DNA of 63,047 nucleotides, filler included, from Olpidium bornovanus S191 (Eukaryota; Fungi; Olpidiomycota): NCBI GenBank assembly GCA_017911155.1. It is 31 parts of 31 records of this genome, joined end to end, with 100 filler letters (N's around TTAATTAATTAA, not from the genome) between each part and the next. Parts side by side here need not be neighbours in the genome. Positions count along the whole stretch, not along the records: positions 12,976 to 16,289 come from JAEFCI010012038.1; positions 16,390 to 19,880 come from JAEFCI010010863.1; positions 19,981 to 22,083 come from JAEFCI010005632.1; positions 22,184 to 23,321 come from JAEFCI010004175.1; positions 23,422 to 25,392 come from JAEFCI010001622.1; positions 25,493 to 26,611 come from JAEFCI010011649.1; 25 more parts are not named here. One strand, 5' to 3'. Shown piece by piece: positions 13,012 to 25,609 of this stretch (position 1 is its first letter; each line of letters starts with the position of its first letter). The notes under the pieces were generated by a model. It saw only the letters and a program-made list of their open reading frames with translations, ran no database searches and was not told where the DNA came from. The position numbers and the translations under genes were made by a program.

Positions 13012-13647
13012 GGGGTCAAACATTCCTGCCTCTAATCCGCTTGAATCGTTTGGGCCGTTTCTTTCAGTAAATTTTCCGGCACGAAACATTTCACAAGGCG
13101 CTCGCGCTCCGGGCAAGACTGTTTGCATTCAATTTGCAATCTCTGCATATGTCATGGCGCGTATTGGTCCTGTACTCAAGACATTCTCTGCCTCTCTCTC
13201 TCTTTCTCGCTCTCGCTCTTACCTCCGGACGGCAGCGACGACGCACATGCCACACCGCGATTCCCGTTGTATAGAGAAAAGCGTGTTCTTTACTTTTTGT
13301 ACCATGCCAATTACCTTCCGAAAATGTCTTTTCAACTTCCCATAGACAATACGCGAGCCACTCTCCCCGCTGTCCTCACACACGTAATAAGTTACCCTCT
13401 GGGCGTATCGAACCACGCTTTCCCCCGCAAATAAAAAAGAACGGGCGGGGTGGGTAGCGGTATCAGCTCTTTTGCAACATGTCTGCGGTGCTGGTCCGTA
13501 AGTTCCTGCTCTCGGGTGTTGGATGACTCGTCCAAAAAGACCGCCCGCGGTTGTCCGACACCGGATCAGACACCATTATACCAAACGGCTCTCAGGTTAA
13601 CTCCCGGCAGTCTCGTCGCTTTGAGAATTCCGAACATGACCCTGCCA

Positions 13648-13733
13648 CGCAGCGTTGTGTCCGCGGCCACCGCGACAACCCACAGCACACCGCAGCGTTG
13701 TGTCCGCGGCCACCGCGACAACACACAGCCCAC
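13648..13733. repeat. Two-copy tandem repeat, 43-nt unit
   Basis: CGCAGCGTTGTGTCCGCGGCCACCGCGACAAC(C/A)CACAGC(A/C)CAC at 13648 and 13691. Confidence 0.9.
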
Positions 13734-13992
13734 CGCGTACACGGGGACCAGTACTTGTCGTCGACGCTCAGCAAAGTATACCACAACACACCAAAGAGGC
13801 GGAAGGCCGCGGAGTCCCGGACACGACACTCCCGCGCCGACCACGCAAAAAAAGGTGGAATTCCGCAAGTCCCCCCTTCGGCTCGTGTGTGACGAACCGC
13901 TTCCCACGTCCCCGGTGGCGAATGAAGCCGTCTAATAGAGTTTGTTTTAGACATGCGCGTTCGAGACTAGGTGTCCGCGACTGCATCCCAAA

Positions 13993-15425
13993 TCATCTGG
14001 ACAGCCTCTTCTTGCGCCTCGGGCTTTTACTCCCGCCGTTCTCGAGGGCGGCCTGCTCAAGCATGCGCGTGCCGACGCCGAGCTCGTCGTACGTGATGCG
14101 GTCAAAATTCCAGAACACGTGGTCGCCGACGCTCGTGCCGGCGTAATGAACCCAGCGGTCGATGACATCCGGGTGGGCGTCGAAGATGTCGACCTGGCGG
14201 AAATAACGTCTCCACTCCCACACGTCCTTTTTCTTGCGCGTGGTCTGCGCTTTGAAGACCGTGTAGCGCCTGACGGCGTCGGGCAGAACCTTGATCTCCG
14301 AGCACGGTATGTTCAACGCTACGGCCGCACGCTGGGCAAAGTCAAGCCAGATGTCCAGGTACTGTGGCTTGTAACCCCACGCCGTCAACCTCCCGACATG
14401 GATACCGTACGGCGGCGTGATGAGCTTAGGTTCTTTTGAGAGGAGAGCGGGGAGGGGGACGGATTGAGCGCCAAGTTGCGTCCAGGTTCGTAACTACGCA
14501 GCCGGCGAAATTCGACGCGCGCCTCCCACACTTTGCATTCACCAAGATGCAAAAACGCGACCTAATCAGACGGCAGTGCTCCCCATCCCCTGCTCTTCCG
14601 CTCCCCTCCATTCGCCCCCCCCCCCACCCCACCCTAACCCCCCTACCCCCGCACGTACTAAAGTATGTCGGATCCACTGACTTCATAAACGCGTCGCCCA
14701 ACAATTGCTCCTTCTCCTGAAGGGAGCGTTCGTGCCACCTCAGCGTGTCTTCCTCATCCTCCGCCTTCGGCGGCGCTCCAGAATATATCCGGGTGTTTTC
14801 CGGCTCGATGGGCGGAGGCTGTCGACTGGCGGGAAGACGGCGGCGCCAGAATGACTAGTTCAGGACTTCGGAAAGGCCCCACTCCTACGCACCCATCTCG
14901 CGCGCCTGGCGGCCCGACACAGCCGCGCCCGGGGCCGGTGGTGCGCGCGTGAGTGCGTGCCGCTCGGTGATAGGCAAAACAAAGTCCCGCGCGCCGGAGA
15001 GCCCGAAAACGCGAACAGGGCGGGCGGGCGGGGGCGGGAAGGGGGCCAGTGGTTTGCGGGAACGCAAGACGGTTTCGAAGCGCTTCTTTCAAAACGACGA
15101 GACGCGGTGCTGCTTTTTCTTTTTTCCGTTTTTTTCTTTTTTTTTTTTTTTTTTTTTTAGGAGAGACCCACATCAGGCGGTCTGCCGCGGAGAGCGCGGC
15201 GTCTTCGCCGCTTCCCAGGAAGTCGGACGTGACCCGGCGGTCGAACAGAGAGAGGATTTCCTTCTTCTCGCCCGGTGCGGCGCTGTCTGGACGTTGCGAC
15301 GCGAAGCTGCGCCACGGTGCCGAGGGCCACGCTGCCGCTGCCGCCGCCGCCGCCCGGCCGGTCGCGACGGCAAGAGAACAGCGGAACGGCACGAACGCCG
15401 AGGCAAGCGACGCCGAGGCTGCCAT
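13993..15425 (-). CDS. RSM10: Mitochondrial ribosomal protein uS10m (Rsm10-like), spliced
   Basis: Ala/Arg/Ser-rich targeting-peptide-like N-terminus from ATG 15425. Last exon PKLITPPYGIHVGRLTAWGYKPQYLDIWLDFAQRAAVALNIP...LP...RYTV...DAHPDVIDRW aligns by eye with the S10 domain, but the SPFVHKKS motif is diverged. Confidence 0.72.
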
Positions 15426-15444
15426 TTCTTATTTCTTTTTCTTT

Positions 15445-15492
<48 letters not shown>

Positions 15493-15515
15493 CTGTTTTC
15501 TTTTTTTCCGGGGGC

Positions 15516-15548
<33 letters not shown>

Positions 15549-15616
15549 TTTTTCGCGGGAGCTGGCGCTGTCGGGTGCGCGCTCGGAACGCCAACACCTG
15601 GCAGAGCTCCTTGGGA

Positions 15617-16289
15617 ATGTCGCCCCCCCCCCGTCGAAGCCGAAGCTCGATGGAACCACCGCCGAGAACGGCCGGTGGAGTCGCTTCGCGAGGCGCTCGC
15701 ATCGTTGCAGCGCCTTTACACTCGGACGCACTCGATCGATCCACGGCAGCTTCTGCACTCCTGGATCGAAGCCCTTGCCCAGTCCCCGGACGAGCCGATG
15801 CAGTCGTATGTCTTAACGAGTATGTAGCCGACCGCGATCTCGACCTTCACAAGTCTCGGGACCGACGGCTTAACTGTAAGTGGACGCGCGAGATGCTTAT
15901 CCCTGCATTTTTGCGCGGCCTCGCCCCCACGTTCTACGACGCCCGTCGTCATCGATCGCGATCGTGGGCGAAGCTTAAAGATCGTATGCTTCGCCGAGCC
16001 GTCGATGTTGGCCCATTTTACCCCCGTCCGGCCACATATGCTGCCGCAGCCGCTCGTCCCATGCACCCTCTGCCTCGTCACCCGGCTCGACTCGTTGCCG
16101 TCGCCCCGGTTCGATTGCCTGCCAGCGAGCGGAACCGACGGTTGTCGCGATGTGCCCCGTCGATGACGCATGCATCGATCCGAAGTGCTACCTCTGGCAC
16201 ATCCGTTCTCGACGCCTTCGTCTTGGCTCCCCGCCCCGGCGAGCCCCCGCGCAACCTAAAACTGCTGCCACACTCACTGTCGCCGCCCA
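15617..16289 (+). mobile_element. Degenerate Ty3/Gypsy-like gag remnant with a frameshift
   Basis: One frame gives ESLREALASLQRLY...SWIEALAQSPDEPMQSYV (capsid QxxDExxxxY motif) and stops at 15827. Another frame continues CKWTREMLIPAFLRGLAP (FxxGL motif). Confidence 0.5.
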
Positions 16290-17170
16290 NNNNNNNNNNN
16301 NNNNNNNNNNNNNNNNNNNNNNNNNNNNNNNNNTTAATTAATTAANNNNNNNNNNNNNNNNNNNNNNNNNNNNNNNNNNNNNNNNNNNNCATGAACTGTT
16401 TACCTACGGAAGGGAACAAAGTGCGATTTCACCTTTTTGTTTTCTTTTCTTGATCTCTCTCTCAAACACGTACGTGTATGTTGTGCACGGTGGTCCCCCG
16501 AGAAGCGTCACGTGCGGGCGGCACGGCGGGTGAGGGCGGCCGGGGGAGAGGAAAATAAAAAAACAAACGCGCGTTCGACGCCCCCTTCCCCGCACCCCAC
16601 GCTCCTTAACGACCGGGGCCCACGGAAAAAAACAAAAAAAAAAAATAAAATAAAGTAAATTAAAAAAAGAACCGCTTGACGTGCTCGCCGCCCCTTCCTC
16701 CGTCGTTCGCAGGCGCACGCACACACGCAACACAAATACCTCTCTGTTTCTTTCTCTCACACACACACACACATACACTTTCTCTCACTCCCTCCCTCGC
16801 TCTCAGCTCGTATCTATTTTTCTCTGTCTCTCTCTGATCTCACCCTCTCTCATTTCTCTTTAATTTCTTATTCTCTTTTCACGTCTGCGCGGATTTCTTC
16901 CCCCACAATTTCCCCATCGTACACACGCACACACGCACACCAGAGAGATCCGGAACAACCGAGCAAAAAAAGAAAACGAGGAACAGAATTAGGCGTCCAG
17001 GCACCCCCCCCGCCCATTCCTGTAATTGCTCCTTGATCTCCCGCCACATTTTCCCTTCCCTCCGCCTCTTCTCCCGCACGCACGCACGCCAACGCACGCG
17101 CACGCGCAGCTGAGGAGAAGTAGTCAGGGAGGACGGGAAGGGGAGCGGTGGACGGCAAGAAAGGGGGGCC

Positions 17171-19375
17171 ATGGATGGCCCACCGGCCGCGTACAACCTT
17201 CATTATTCCGCGAGAGTATACGCCGGCCCCGGCAGTGGCGTTGTCCAGCAGCAGCAGCAGCAGCAGCCGCCTTACGACATGGCCGGCAGCTACGTCCTCT
17301 ACAACCCCGGGATACCCTCCTGCCAGCACCGCCACCACCACCTCCTCCTTCACACCCACCACAACTACCACCACCAACACCACATCCACCGGCAATCGAT
17401 CCTCTCGATGGACACCGCCCCGACGAGTCCCCGCAGCGTCGACGAGTACCGGCGGTGCCGCATGGACGCATACCAGTCCGCCCACTACACCGCCATGGGG
17501 TTCGGCGACGACGAGCTGTTCTGTCCCAAGGCTCTGCTGAAGCTGGTACGCAAACATCATATTCCGGCTACTGCTGACTTCGCTCTCGGCTCGCCGAATT
17601 TTACTGGCGAGAGGGAGATGGTTAAGAAAAAAAAATAATCTCATGCTCGACTCCGCCCTCGGTCTGCCGCCGAGGAACGAACTCACGCGCACGTGCCGCC
17701 ACAGTCGCACCTCATCCTGACCAATTCGGTCTCGGACAAGGACGGTGCCAACTTTCCCCACAGCTCCAAACGGCCGCCGAGCGACGGGATCGTCTCGGTG
17801 AGCCAAACGCTATTCCGGGAGCTCCAGCAGTACCCGCCTTACTACACCATCAAGCACCATCCGTCTCTGGACGTCAACCCGCCGTTCTCCGCCGCGGCAA
17901 CTGCCGAGACGAACCCTGCGCCATCTCCGGACGCGGGCCCGTGGGCCGCAGCGGCGGCGGCGGCGGTCCCGGCTCCCCGATTGCTGTATTCGCTGTCCGC
18001 GTCGGCGGCGGGGGCGGCGGCACCGCGGCCCCTCGCGTGTGGACAGAGGCGGCATTCCGATTACCGCGCGGGGATCGCCCTGTCAGCGCCCGGCGGCGAA
18101 TTCCGCTACGGCGTACCAGCGCCCGAGTCGGTTCCGCCGGGCGCTGTTGGCGCGGCGACCCATAATCCGCACTACGTCCACGGTTACCAGCCCCGGCAGC
18201 AGCAGTTTCAGCGCCAGCTGTATGCGCCGCCGAACACCCAGCAGCAACCGGCGTTGGACGTCTGCGCCGCCGCCGACGAAGAGAAACACCAGGCGGTCGT
18301 CCACCCGGCCCGGGATGCGGCGGGGTCCCGAGGCGGCGGCGGAAACGGCGGCGCCCAGCAGGCGCGAGGTCGGGCAGGTGCGCACGAGTGCATGGCCGCC
18401 GAAGCCTCCTTCGGCGCTGCCGGTGCGGGAACTGCGGCGTCCGCGCGCGATCTGTCTGATCCAACCTCAACGGCGGCGCCGACGATCACCGCCTACGCGG
18501 CTCCGGATGACGGTGGCGGAAACGACCGTTTCCAAAAGCCCGAAAGCGGCCGCCTCAGCGCGTGGGCGGGCCCAGACCGGCACGCGGACGTGAATGTCGC
18601 CGCAGCAAAGGGAGCACAGCAGCGGCATCAGCACGTGGGCCCAGACGGCGGCCGGCCCAGGTCGGCGGCCGCGAAGCCGCGGGGCGCCTCGCTAGACCAC
18701 CACCACCACCACCTCCTGCAGTGCGCGGCGGCCGACTCGCCGGCGGCGCCCGGCTGGCCGGGGACCGAACCGCCTCCGTCCTCGATGTCGTCCTCGGCGA
18801 CGTCGGGCTCGCGGGCCACCCTGCTCGAGCGACTGCGGTACTCGCCCCGTCCAACGGGGGCGGCGGGGCCGGACGCGGCCGCGGCCGCGGCGGCCGAGGC
18901 GTCGGAGCGGGGGAGGGCCCGCAAGCCCCACAGACCCGGCTCGACCGGCCGGGCGGTGGCGGCGGCGGCCGCCGGCGGGCCGGAGGAGGCGAAAGCGCGC
19001 GGGACGGAGCCCGACGCTCCGCGCCACGAAGGAAATAACTATCACCACGGCCGGGCTCCGACCCCGAGGCCGCCGGCCCACAGCGGCCGGAACCCGGCGC
19101 GGCCGCCGCTGCCCACCTACGCAGGCACGACCGGCTTCCTCCACGCCGCGACCGACGGCGTTTCCCACGCTTGCCAACGCCCGGCGGCGGCGGCCTGCGG
19201 CAGGTCCGGTCGGGCGCGGTGCGCAGCCGGGAGGGCGGGCTCGCCCGCCAGGAAGGCCGCCGCCTCCCAGAACCACAACCACTCCGCCTCTCACAGGCAC
19301 CACCACCACCATCACCGCCCCCCGCACGGCAACGGGAACGCCAACTGGTGGAGGAGGGGAGACGCCCGGTCCTGA
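17171..19375 (+). CDS. Hypothetical low-complexity protein (~680 aa; exons 17171-17545, 17705-19375)
   Basis: Phase-0 GT-AG intron joins two long ORFs with high third-position GC. Poly-Gln, poly-His and poly-Ala tracts. No recognisable domain. Confidence 0.65.
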
Positions 19376-19980
19376 AGGGGTTCCTTCCCACTTTCCCTTT
19401 CCCCTATCCCCGGCCCCTCACAGTCCCTACCGCCGGCCTTCTGGAACGGGCCGCGCGATCCGTTTCCTTTCTCTTTCGTTTTTGTTGCCGCTCCGCTGCT
19501 AGACGCTTGCTTTTTACGCGGGATTCCACACTCTGCAAATTCTTTCATCCCTCTTGGGGCCCCGGGCTCGACGGCCCAAAGGCCCATTACACACCCGATC
19601 CGCCAATCTTATCTTTTATGTCTCTTTTGGTTTTCTTTTTTTGGTTCTTACACCCTTCCCCAGTCCCTCTCCCTCTCGCCTGTCCGCCCGCCCGCCCTCT
19701 TACTTCCGTCTCAAACACGCGATACCTTTAAAAATCGTTTGTACGTCCGGCCCGGGGTTCGGTGGGTGGAGGGGCGAGGGGAAGTTCTTTCTGAAACCGA
19801 CCTGCGTCCGGGTTCCCTTCGCCTGCTAACTGTTGGGGGGGGGGGGGGGGAACCCCCCCCCCCCCCCCCCCGAAAAACAANNNNNNNNNNNNNNNNNNNN
19901 NNNNNNNNNNNNNNNNNNNNNNNNTTAATTAATTAANNNNNNNNNNNNNNNNNNNNNNNNNNNNNNNNNNNNNNNNNNNN

Positions 19981-21651
19981 CAAATGCCGAAGGTAGTTCT
20001 GGACGTGCGGCATCGGAGAGAACTTGTACTCGGTTTTCGCCAAGTCCGTGATGTCGCGCGCCCTTCGCGCCATCATCCGCAGCTTGTCGAAGTTGATCAT
20101 GTTCCCGAACACCCGCGACTCGTTGCCGTCGTTGATGAAGGTCAGGTCCTTCAAGTATATCGCTGCGTTTTTAACAGGCGGAAAAAAAAACCCCCCGAGA
20201 GAACGCCGAGAGAAAAACAGTTCGATTACAAAAATGCAGTCAAAAAAAAAAAAAAAAAAAAAAAAGAAAAGAAAAAGAAAAAAAAAGTTTGGCCGCGCGC
20301 AAACTCACGAAGGAACGGGACGATCGGCGGTTTCGTGTTCGCCAGGCAGTCGCGGTAGCACTTCATGTTTCGCGACGGGTTGGTGAGCTTTTCCAACTCT
20401 TCCACGACCGCCCTCGTCTCTTTCTTCAGCCCGTCGAACGTCTTCTTCAAGCGCGACACGCTGTTCTGAGATAGGCCCGCCACCAGCGCGAACATGCTGA
20501 AAAAGTTCCCGTGGATCTGGCATTGCTTTGGGATTTCGCGGGACGTCCCGAGACGATTGGGGGAGGGAGAGGTGGTGGGGGGGGATGTTACGGGTGGCGT
20601 GGGCCCTTATGATAAGTTTCTGCGGGTTAAAGTAGCACGCGAGCTCTCTTTCTCTCTCCCGCGGAAGCGAAAAACGCACGGCGGCAAACAGGGGTAAGGT
20701 GGCGTGAAAAAAAAAACACCGAGCCGTCCGTACTTTGGCGGTCAAGATGAATTTCTCGAGAATTTTTATCCTCGTTTTCAGGTCCCTCTCGTTGCAGAGC
20801 TCGGTCGCCAGCCAGAAGCTCTCGACGTCGAACCTCGCGATGAAATACTCCAGGCTGGGAGAGCCCATGTCCCCCAGGTCCTCCCCGGGCTTTCGCCAAA
20901 TCTGGTTGAGATACTCGATCGCGTGGATGTTCTGGAAGAGCTGAAAGTTGTGGATGCACAGCTGCCGCGCGAACTCTTCGGGACTGAGGTTTCCTACGAT
21001 CGTCTCGAACTCCAGCTGCAGTTTTTTTTCTGACTGGTTCCGTATAATTTTACCGTAGAAGGCCTCGTATTCCTGGGCCTATTTTTTTTTTCGAAAAAAA
21101 AAAACCACGTTAGCCCCCGCGTGCGGGATACACAGAATAATCCCGACCACGTTCCGCCGGGCGGACCGGCGGTGGCCGGGGGAAGCCAGGCGGATGTCGT
21201 ACCTTTTCGTCTACCGTCGCCAGCAGCTTGTCCGCCCTCTCCTCAAACCAGGGGTATTCCCGGATCTCCGTTAGGACGGCCCGGAGCTCTTCCCTGAGGG
21301 CGTCGCTGTGGGCGAAATCCTGGGAGTGGTGGTCCAGCCACCACTTGAACACGATCAGGACTTTCTCCTGGGTCGGCCCCTTGGTCTTTTCGAAGTACTC
21401 CAGGTCTTCGGGGCTGGGATCCGGCGGCAAGATGGCGTTGAATCGGGCCACCAGCTGGTCGAGGAAGTCGAACGGCCGCATGAACGAGCGGTACGTGAGG
21501 AGGAGGGTGTCGATGAAGTCGAAATCCGTCTTGAGCTCGCCGTCGGTCATCCGGGCAATCAGCTTTTCTTCCGTGGCGGCCATGACGGTCCACCTGACAT
21601 GGGCACCCCCGCCACCGCCACCACCACGACGGGGAGGGGAGAGAGGAGAGA

Positions 21652-21706
<55 letters not shown>

Positions 21707-22083
21707 AGGACCCGCAGGGCCGTCGTACGTTGTGAGTCTGCCGAACGCAAAATCTCGCCCCGCCCGCGTAACCCCCCCACCCCAATAACGGGGGGCGGAC
21801 GGAAAAATCTCAAAAATAAAAAAGGAATAATAAAAATAAAATTTGACCCCCCCCCCTCCCCCCTATGCCCCCCTCCGCATCCTGAAGCAGCTGCTCTCGC
21901 TCTCTCTCCCTCTCCCCGCCCACTCACTGGTCGCCCGTAAGCTGCAGCACCATTACGTCGGTGTCGCCTTCCGTCACCCATTTCGTGCTGAAAAGTTTTT
22001 CCTTCTGAGTCACGACCAGCTTCTGCACGTATTTTTCGGCGTAAAAGTGGAGGTTCCTGTCCATCTCGATGAGCATCGGCGGG
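19981..22083 (-). CDS. Ras guanine nucleotide exchange factor (REM + CDC25 domains), truncated at both ends
   Basis: Exons encode WTVMAATEEKLIARM...FIDTLLLTYRSFMRPFDFLDQLVARF (REM), EFARQLCIHNFQLFQNI...FWLATELC...ILEKFI, NFFSMFALVAGL...VSRLKKT, NMKCYR...PPIVPFL and YLKDLTFINDGN...INFDK (CDC25). Confidence 0.95.
21655..21699. repeat. (GA)n microsatellite inside a RasGEF intron
   Basis: About 22 GA units read directly. Similar simple repeats occur near 28836, 47915, 43071 and 50450. Confidence 0.9.
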
Positions 22084-22682
22084 NNNNNNNNNNNNNNNNN
22101 NNNNNNNNNNNNNNNNNNNNNNNNNNNTTAATTAATTAANNNNNNNNNNNNNNNNNNNNNNNNNNNNNNNNNNNNNNNNNNNNTGTTCAACCATTGGGGG
22201 AGGGAAAGGGACATAACCGAAAATCCCAGCGAATCCTCCTCCCCCCACGTCTTATCCGCCTGGAAATCCTCTCTACCCCTTTCTCTTTTCCGCCGTTCGT
22301 CATGAAGCGAAGTCGGGGGAAGGAGAGGGGAGGGGGGGGAGGGGTTTCGCCGTTTCTGGTGGATTTGTGTGCAGCAAGGATGAACGAGATGGGACCAGCC
22401 CGGGAAAACATCGCCAAAGTGCGGGGAAAAGGCGTACGACAATCCTTTTCTCTCCTTTTTTTTTTTTGTTGTCCGCTGCATATTCAAAACCCGAGACCTC
22501 GTGATGCCGTTCAAAAGCGGGAACGGCAGCTTTTTGCGGGCTTTCGCGCTTCACACACATTTCCGATTTTCCTCCCGATTTTTCCCGCATCGAATTGCAT
22601 GCTTCCCACCACGTCATGCTCATTTTGGCATAAATAAATAGTCCGCTCGAAACTCATTGCTCGTTTTTTTTGCCCCTACGTT

Positions 22683-23226
22683 TTAATGTTGGAACATCCT
22701 CATGTACGCCAAGAACAGGGCTCCCGCTCCTGTGATCGTGCCTGTTTGCATTCTCGTGGTTAATACCTGTCGGCGCGTACAAAAGGCTTCAAACGCTTGG
22801 CACACAAGCCAGCTCATTCGTACCGATGAGGCTTGACAACACCGAGTACTTCACCCTGAGGAGCAGAACGGGGCAACAATGCAACAATCAAAAAACACGA
22901 ACACCGAAAACGCGGTACGAAACCCTCGACCCCACCAAAAACATTCCCCTACTCCTTCCCCCTCACGCTACACCGATAAGCGCACCGTTCCATCTCCGTC
23001 CGGAGGTCCGAAATGTCCGCCTGCACCCTGGCATCCGTCTCCTTTATTTTAAGCTCGTGAGCGGACGTTTCGTCTCTCGAAGCGCCGCGAAACAAGCTGA
23101 TGTCGAGCCGGACGCCGGCCTGCGTCCGCGTTATTTCCTCGCGGAGTTTCTGCTTCAACTTCTCCACCTCCCCCACCAGCCTCTCGTTCTCAGACTTGAG
23201 CATGGCGTACTCGTTTTTCTCTTGCA
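22683..23226 (-). CDS. DUF1640 (CCDC90/MCUR1/Fmp32-type) mitochondrial coiled-coil protein, 5' truncated
   Basis: EVEKLKQKLREEITRTQAGVRLD...ELKIKETDARVQADISDLRTEME, then short exons VKYSVLSSLI|GTITGAGALFLAYMRMFQH* forming the C-terminal membrane anchor typical of the family. Confidence 0.85.
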
Positions 23227-23492
23227 CTAACAGAAAAAGAAAATGCACCCGTCAGCCTTAAAGCTGGCGGGATTCCACGCCCGCGACAGTCGTCAAGCTC
23301 AACGGAGCAAAGTCGCATAAANNNNNNNNNNNNNNNNNNNNNNNNNNNNNNNNNNNNNNNNNNNNTTAATTAATTAANNNNNNNNNNNNNNNNNNNNNNN
23401 NNNNNNNNNNNNNNNNNNNNNGCAAATTCGCATCTCCGCAATTCCACAACACTATGGCAGTATGATAAATTATGATGCCGGTTGCATCGCAG

Positions 23493-25392
23493 TTCGTTGT
23501 TGTCCACCGCTTCCATCCCGAACTCCACCTGGGGTACATGCTCATTGCCCGAACAGCTTTCAAGGACGCCCACGGGAATCCCCGGCGTACGTTGGGCCCC
23601 CGTTTCGCTGGGTAATATTACGTTGTTGACGATGTTCAAGTAACCTTCCTATGCATTTACAGTGACGCCTATGAAGCTGCGAACAAGCAAAGTTGAGGTC
23701 CTGTGGTGTAATGCGCTGGAAGTCGACCCGGACCGGAATCCGGAGCAGAAGGATTTCCTGACGGGTATCAAGTGCCGCCTGGTGGATCTCGACCCTCCAA
23801 ACCTCGACTATAAGAACGATCATGAAGGTGCCTTCACGGAAGTGTCCACGCCGGCTCATTTCCCGCCCGGGAGCATCATGGTCTTGAAGACGTGCGTCGC
23901 GCTTCAACGTTTGTCGCAGAGGCTTTCCGCTTGTCGACTTTATTTAACGGTCTTGTGATGTACTTTTCAGATCTCTTGACGTCGACACCAAGAACATCAG
24001 GCGAAAACTGCGCGAAGGAGCCGAGCAAGCCCTCACCGGCCTCGGTTGGGAGGAGATGAACGTCGTCCTCTTCCGGACGGACGCGGAGGAGCGCGATATG
24101 ACGGGTGGGCAACGGGTTGTTTTGGAGAAACTCGCCAACTGTATTTACCAACTTTAAGTAAAACCTTACTTGGTTTTGCAGGAAACCACGGGACATACAT
24201 TATCCCTGGACACGGTGCCCTTGCGTACTGTGGCCTGCAAGGATTCCAGTCGGCCTTCCAGCCGCTGCTGAAGCAGAATGATCTGGGGAACGCAGTTTGT
24301 GCGCACCTGCGCGAGGGCCGGTGGGCGGCCGAGTACTGTGTATCTCGGCTGGATAGGTAACCGACCCGCGCGGACATTTCCTCATTGAGTTCCTTGGTGT
24401 CGTATCTCACCGGAAGCTCGTAAAACGGCAGGTATATTGGCGTATACCCAAAAATCAAGTTATGGCGCGAGTACCTGTTTAAGAATACGACTATCATCGA
24501 GTCGCTGCCAAACTTTTTGGTGCCCAAGTACTTCGCGGCGGCGGTGGACATCGCATATCGTGCCGCGTGCCAGCATGCCATCCTGTCGTTGATGTCCGGA
24601 TTTGTGCGCGATGGTGACGAGTTTACCCACAAGGTCGCGCTGACGGCCATACAAATGTATGGCAGAGTGAACAGCACTTCTCTTCATCCGACGAAGCCAG
24701 GGCCATGTCTGGCGGCTGGACTTCCGCATTTCTCCACGGCTCATATGCGCTGCTGGGGCCGCGACGTGTTCATATCGTTGCGCGGCCTGCTAATGGCGAC
24801 TGGCAACTGGAACGCGGCGCGCGATCACTTGGTCGCGTTTGCCGGGGCCGTGAAGCACGGGCTGGTCCCAAACCTTCTCGATTCGGCGCGTCGGCCCCGG
24901 TATAACGCGCGGGACGCCACCTGGTTCTTCCTTCAGTCCGCACAGGACTATTGCCGGGCTTCACCGCAGGGCGAGAAGTTCCTGGAGACGATCGTTCCGC
25001 GGCGGTTCGTGGGGACGGACGAGTTCAGCGAGGCGGACGACCCGCGCGCGTACTCGCGCACTTCGACCATGGCGGAAGTCATCCAGGAAATCCTCCAGCG
25101 CCACGCGCAGGGGATATCCTTCCGCGAGCACAACGCCGGGCCGAACCTTGACCACGCCATGCGCGACCTCGGATTTCACGTTGACGTTTTCGTCGACTGG
25201 AGCACCGGCTTCGTCTACGGCGGCAACGAGTGGAACTGCGGCACCTGGATGGATAAGATGGGCGACTCCGACATGGCGGGGACGACGGGAGTGCCCGCCA
25301 CTCCGCGCGACGGTGCAGCCGTGGAGATCCAAGGGCTGCTGAAAAGTACTCTGCGGTGGCTCTCTGAGCTCGGCCACTCCGGCAAATTTCCC
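23493..25392 (+). CDS. GDB1: Glycogen debranching enzyme, C-terminal half (amylo-1,6-glucosidase domain), truncated at both ends
   Basis: HRFHPELHLGYMLIARTAF, HLREGRWAAEY, AAGLPHFSTAHMRCWGRDVFISLRGLL, GLVPNLLD...PRYNARDATWFF, GGNEWNCGTWMDKMG, TPRDGAAVEI. Confidence 0.97.
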
Positions 25393-25609
25393 NNNNNNNN
25401 NNNNNNNNNNNNNNNNNNNNNNNNNNNNNNNNNNNNTTAATTAATTAANNNNNNNNNNNNNNNNNNNNNNNNNNNNNNNNNNNNNNNNNNNNAGGTGAAA
25501 GCGGGTTTCCTGGCCGGGAGTCGTTGCTCCGAACTCGGATCGCCTCGTGGTCTTCAGCCTTTTCTCTTCCACCAACACACACAGGCCTTTGATCTGACGA
25601 CGAAAAGAC

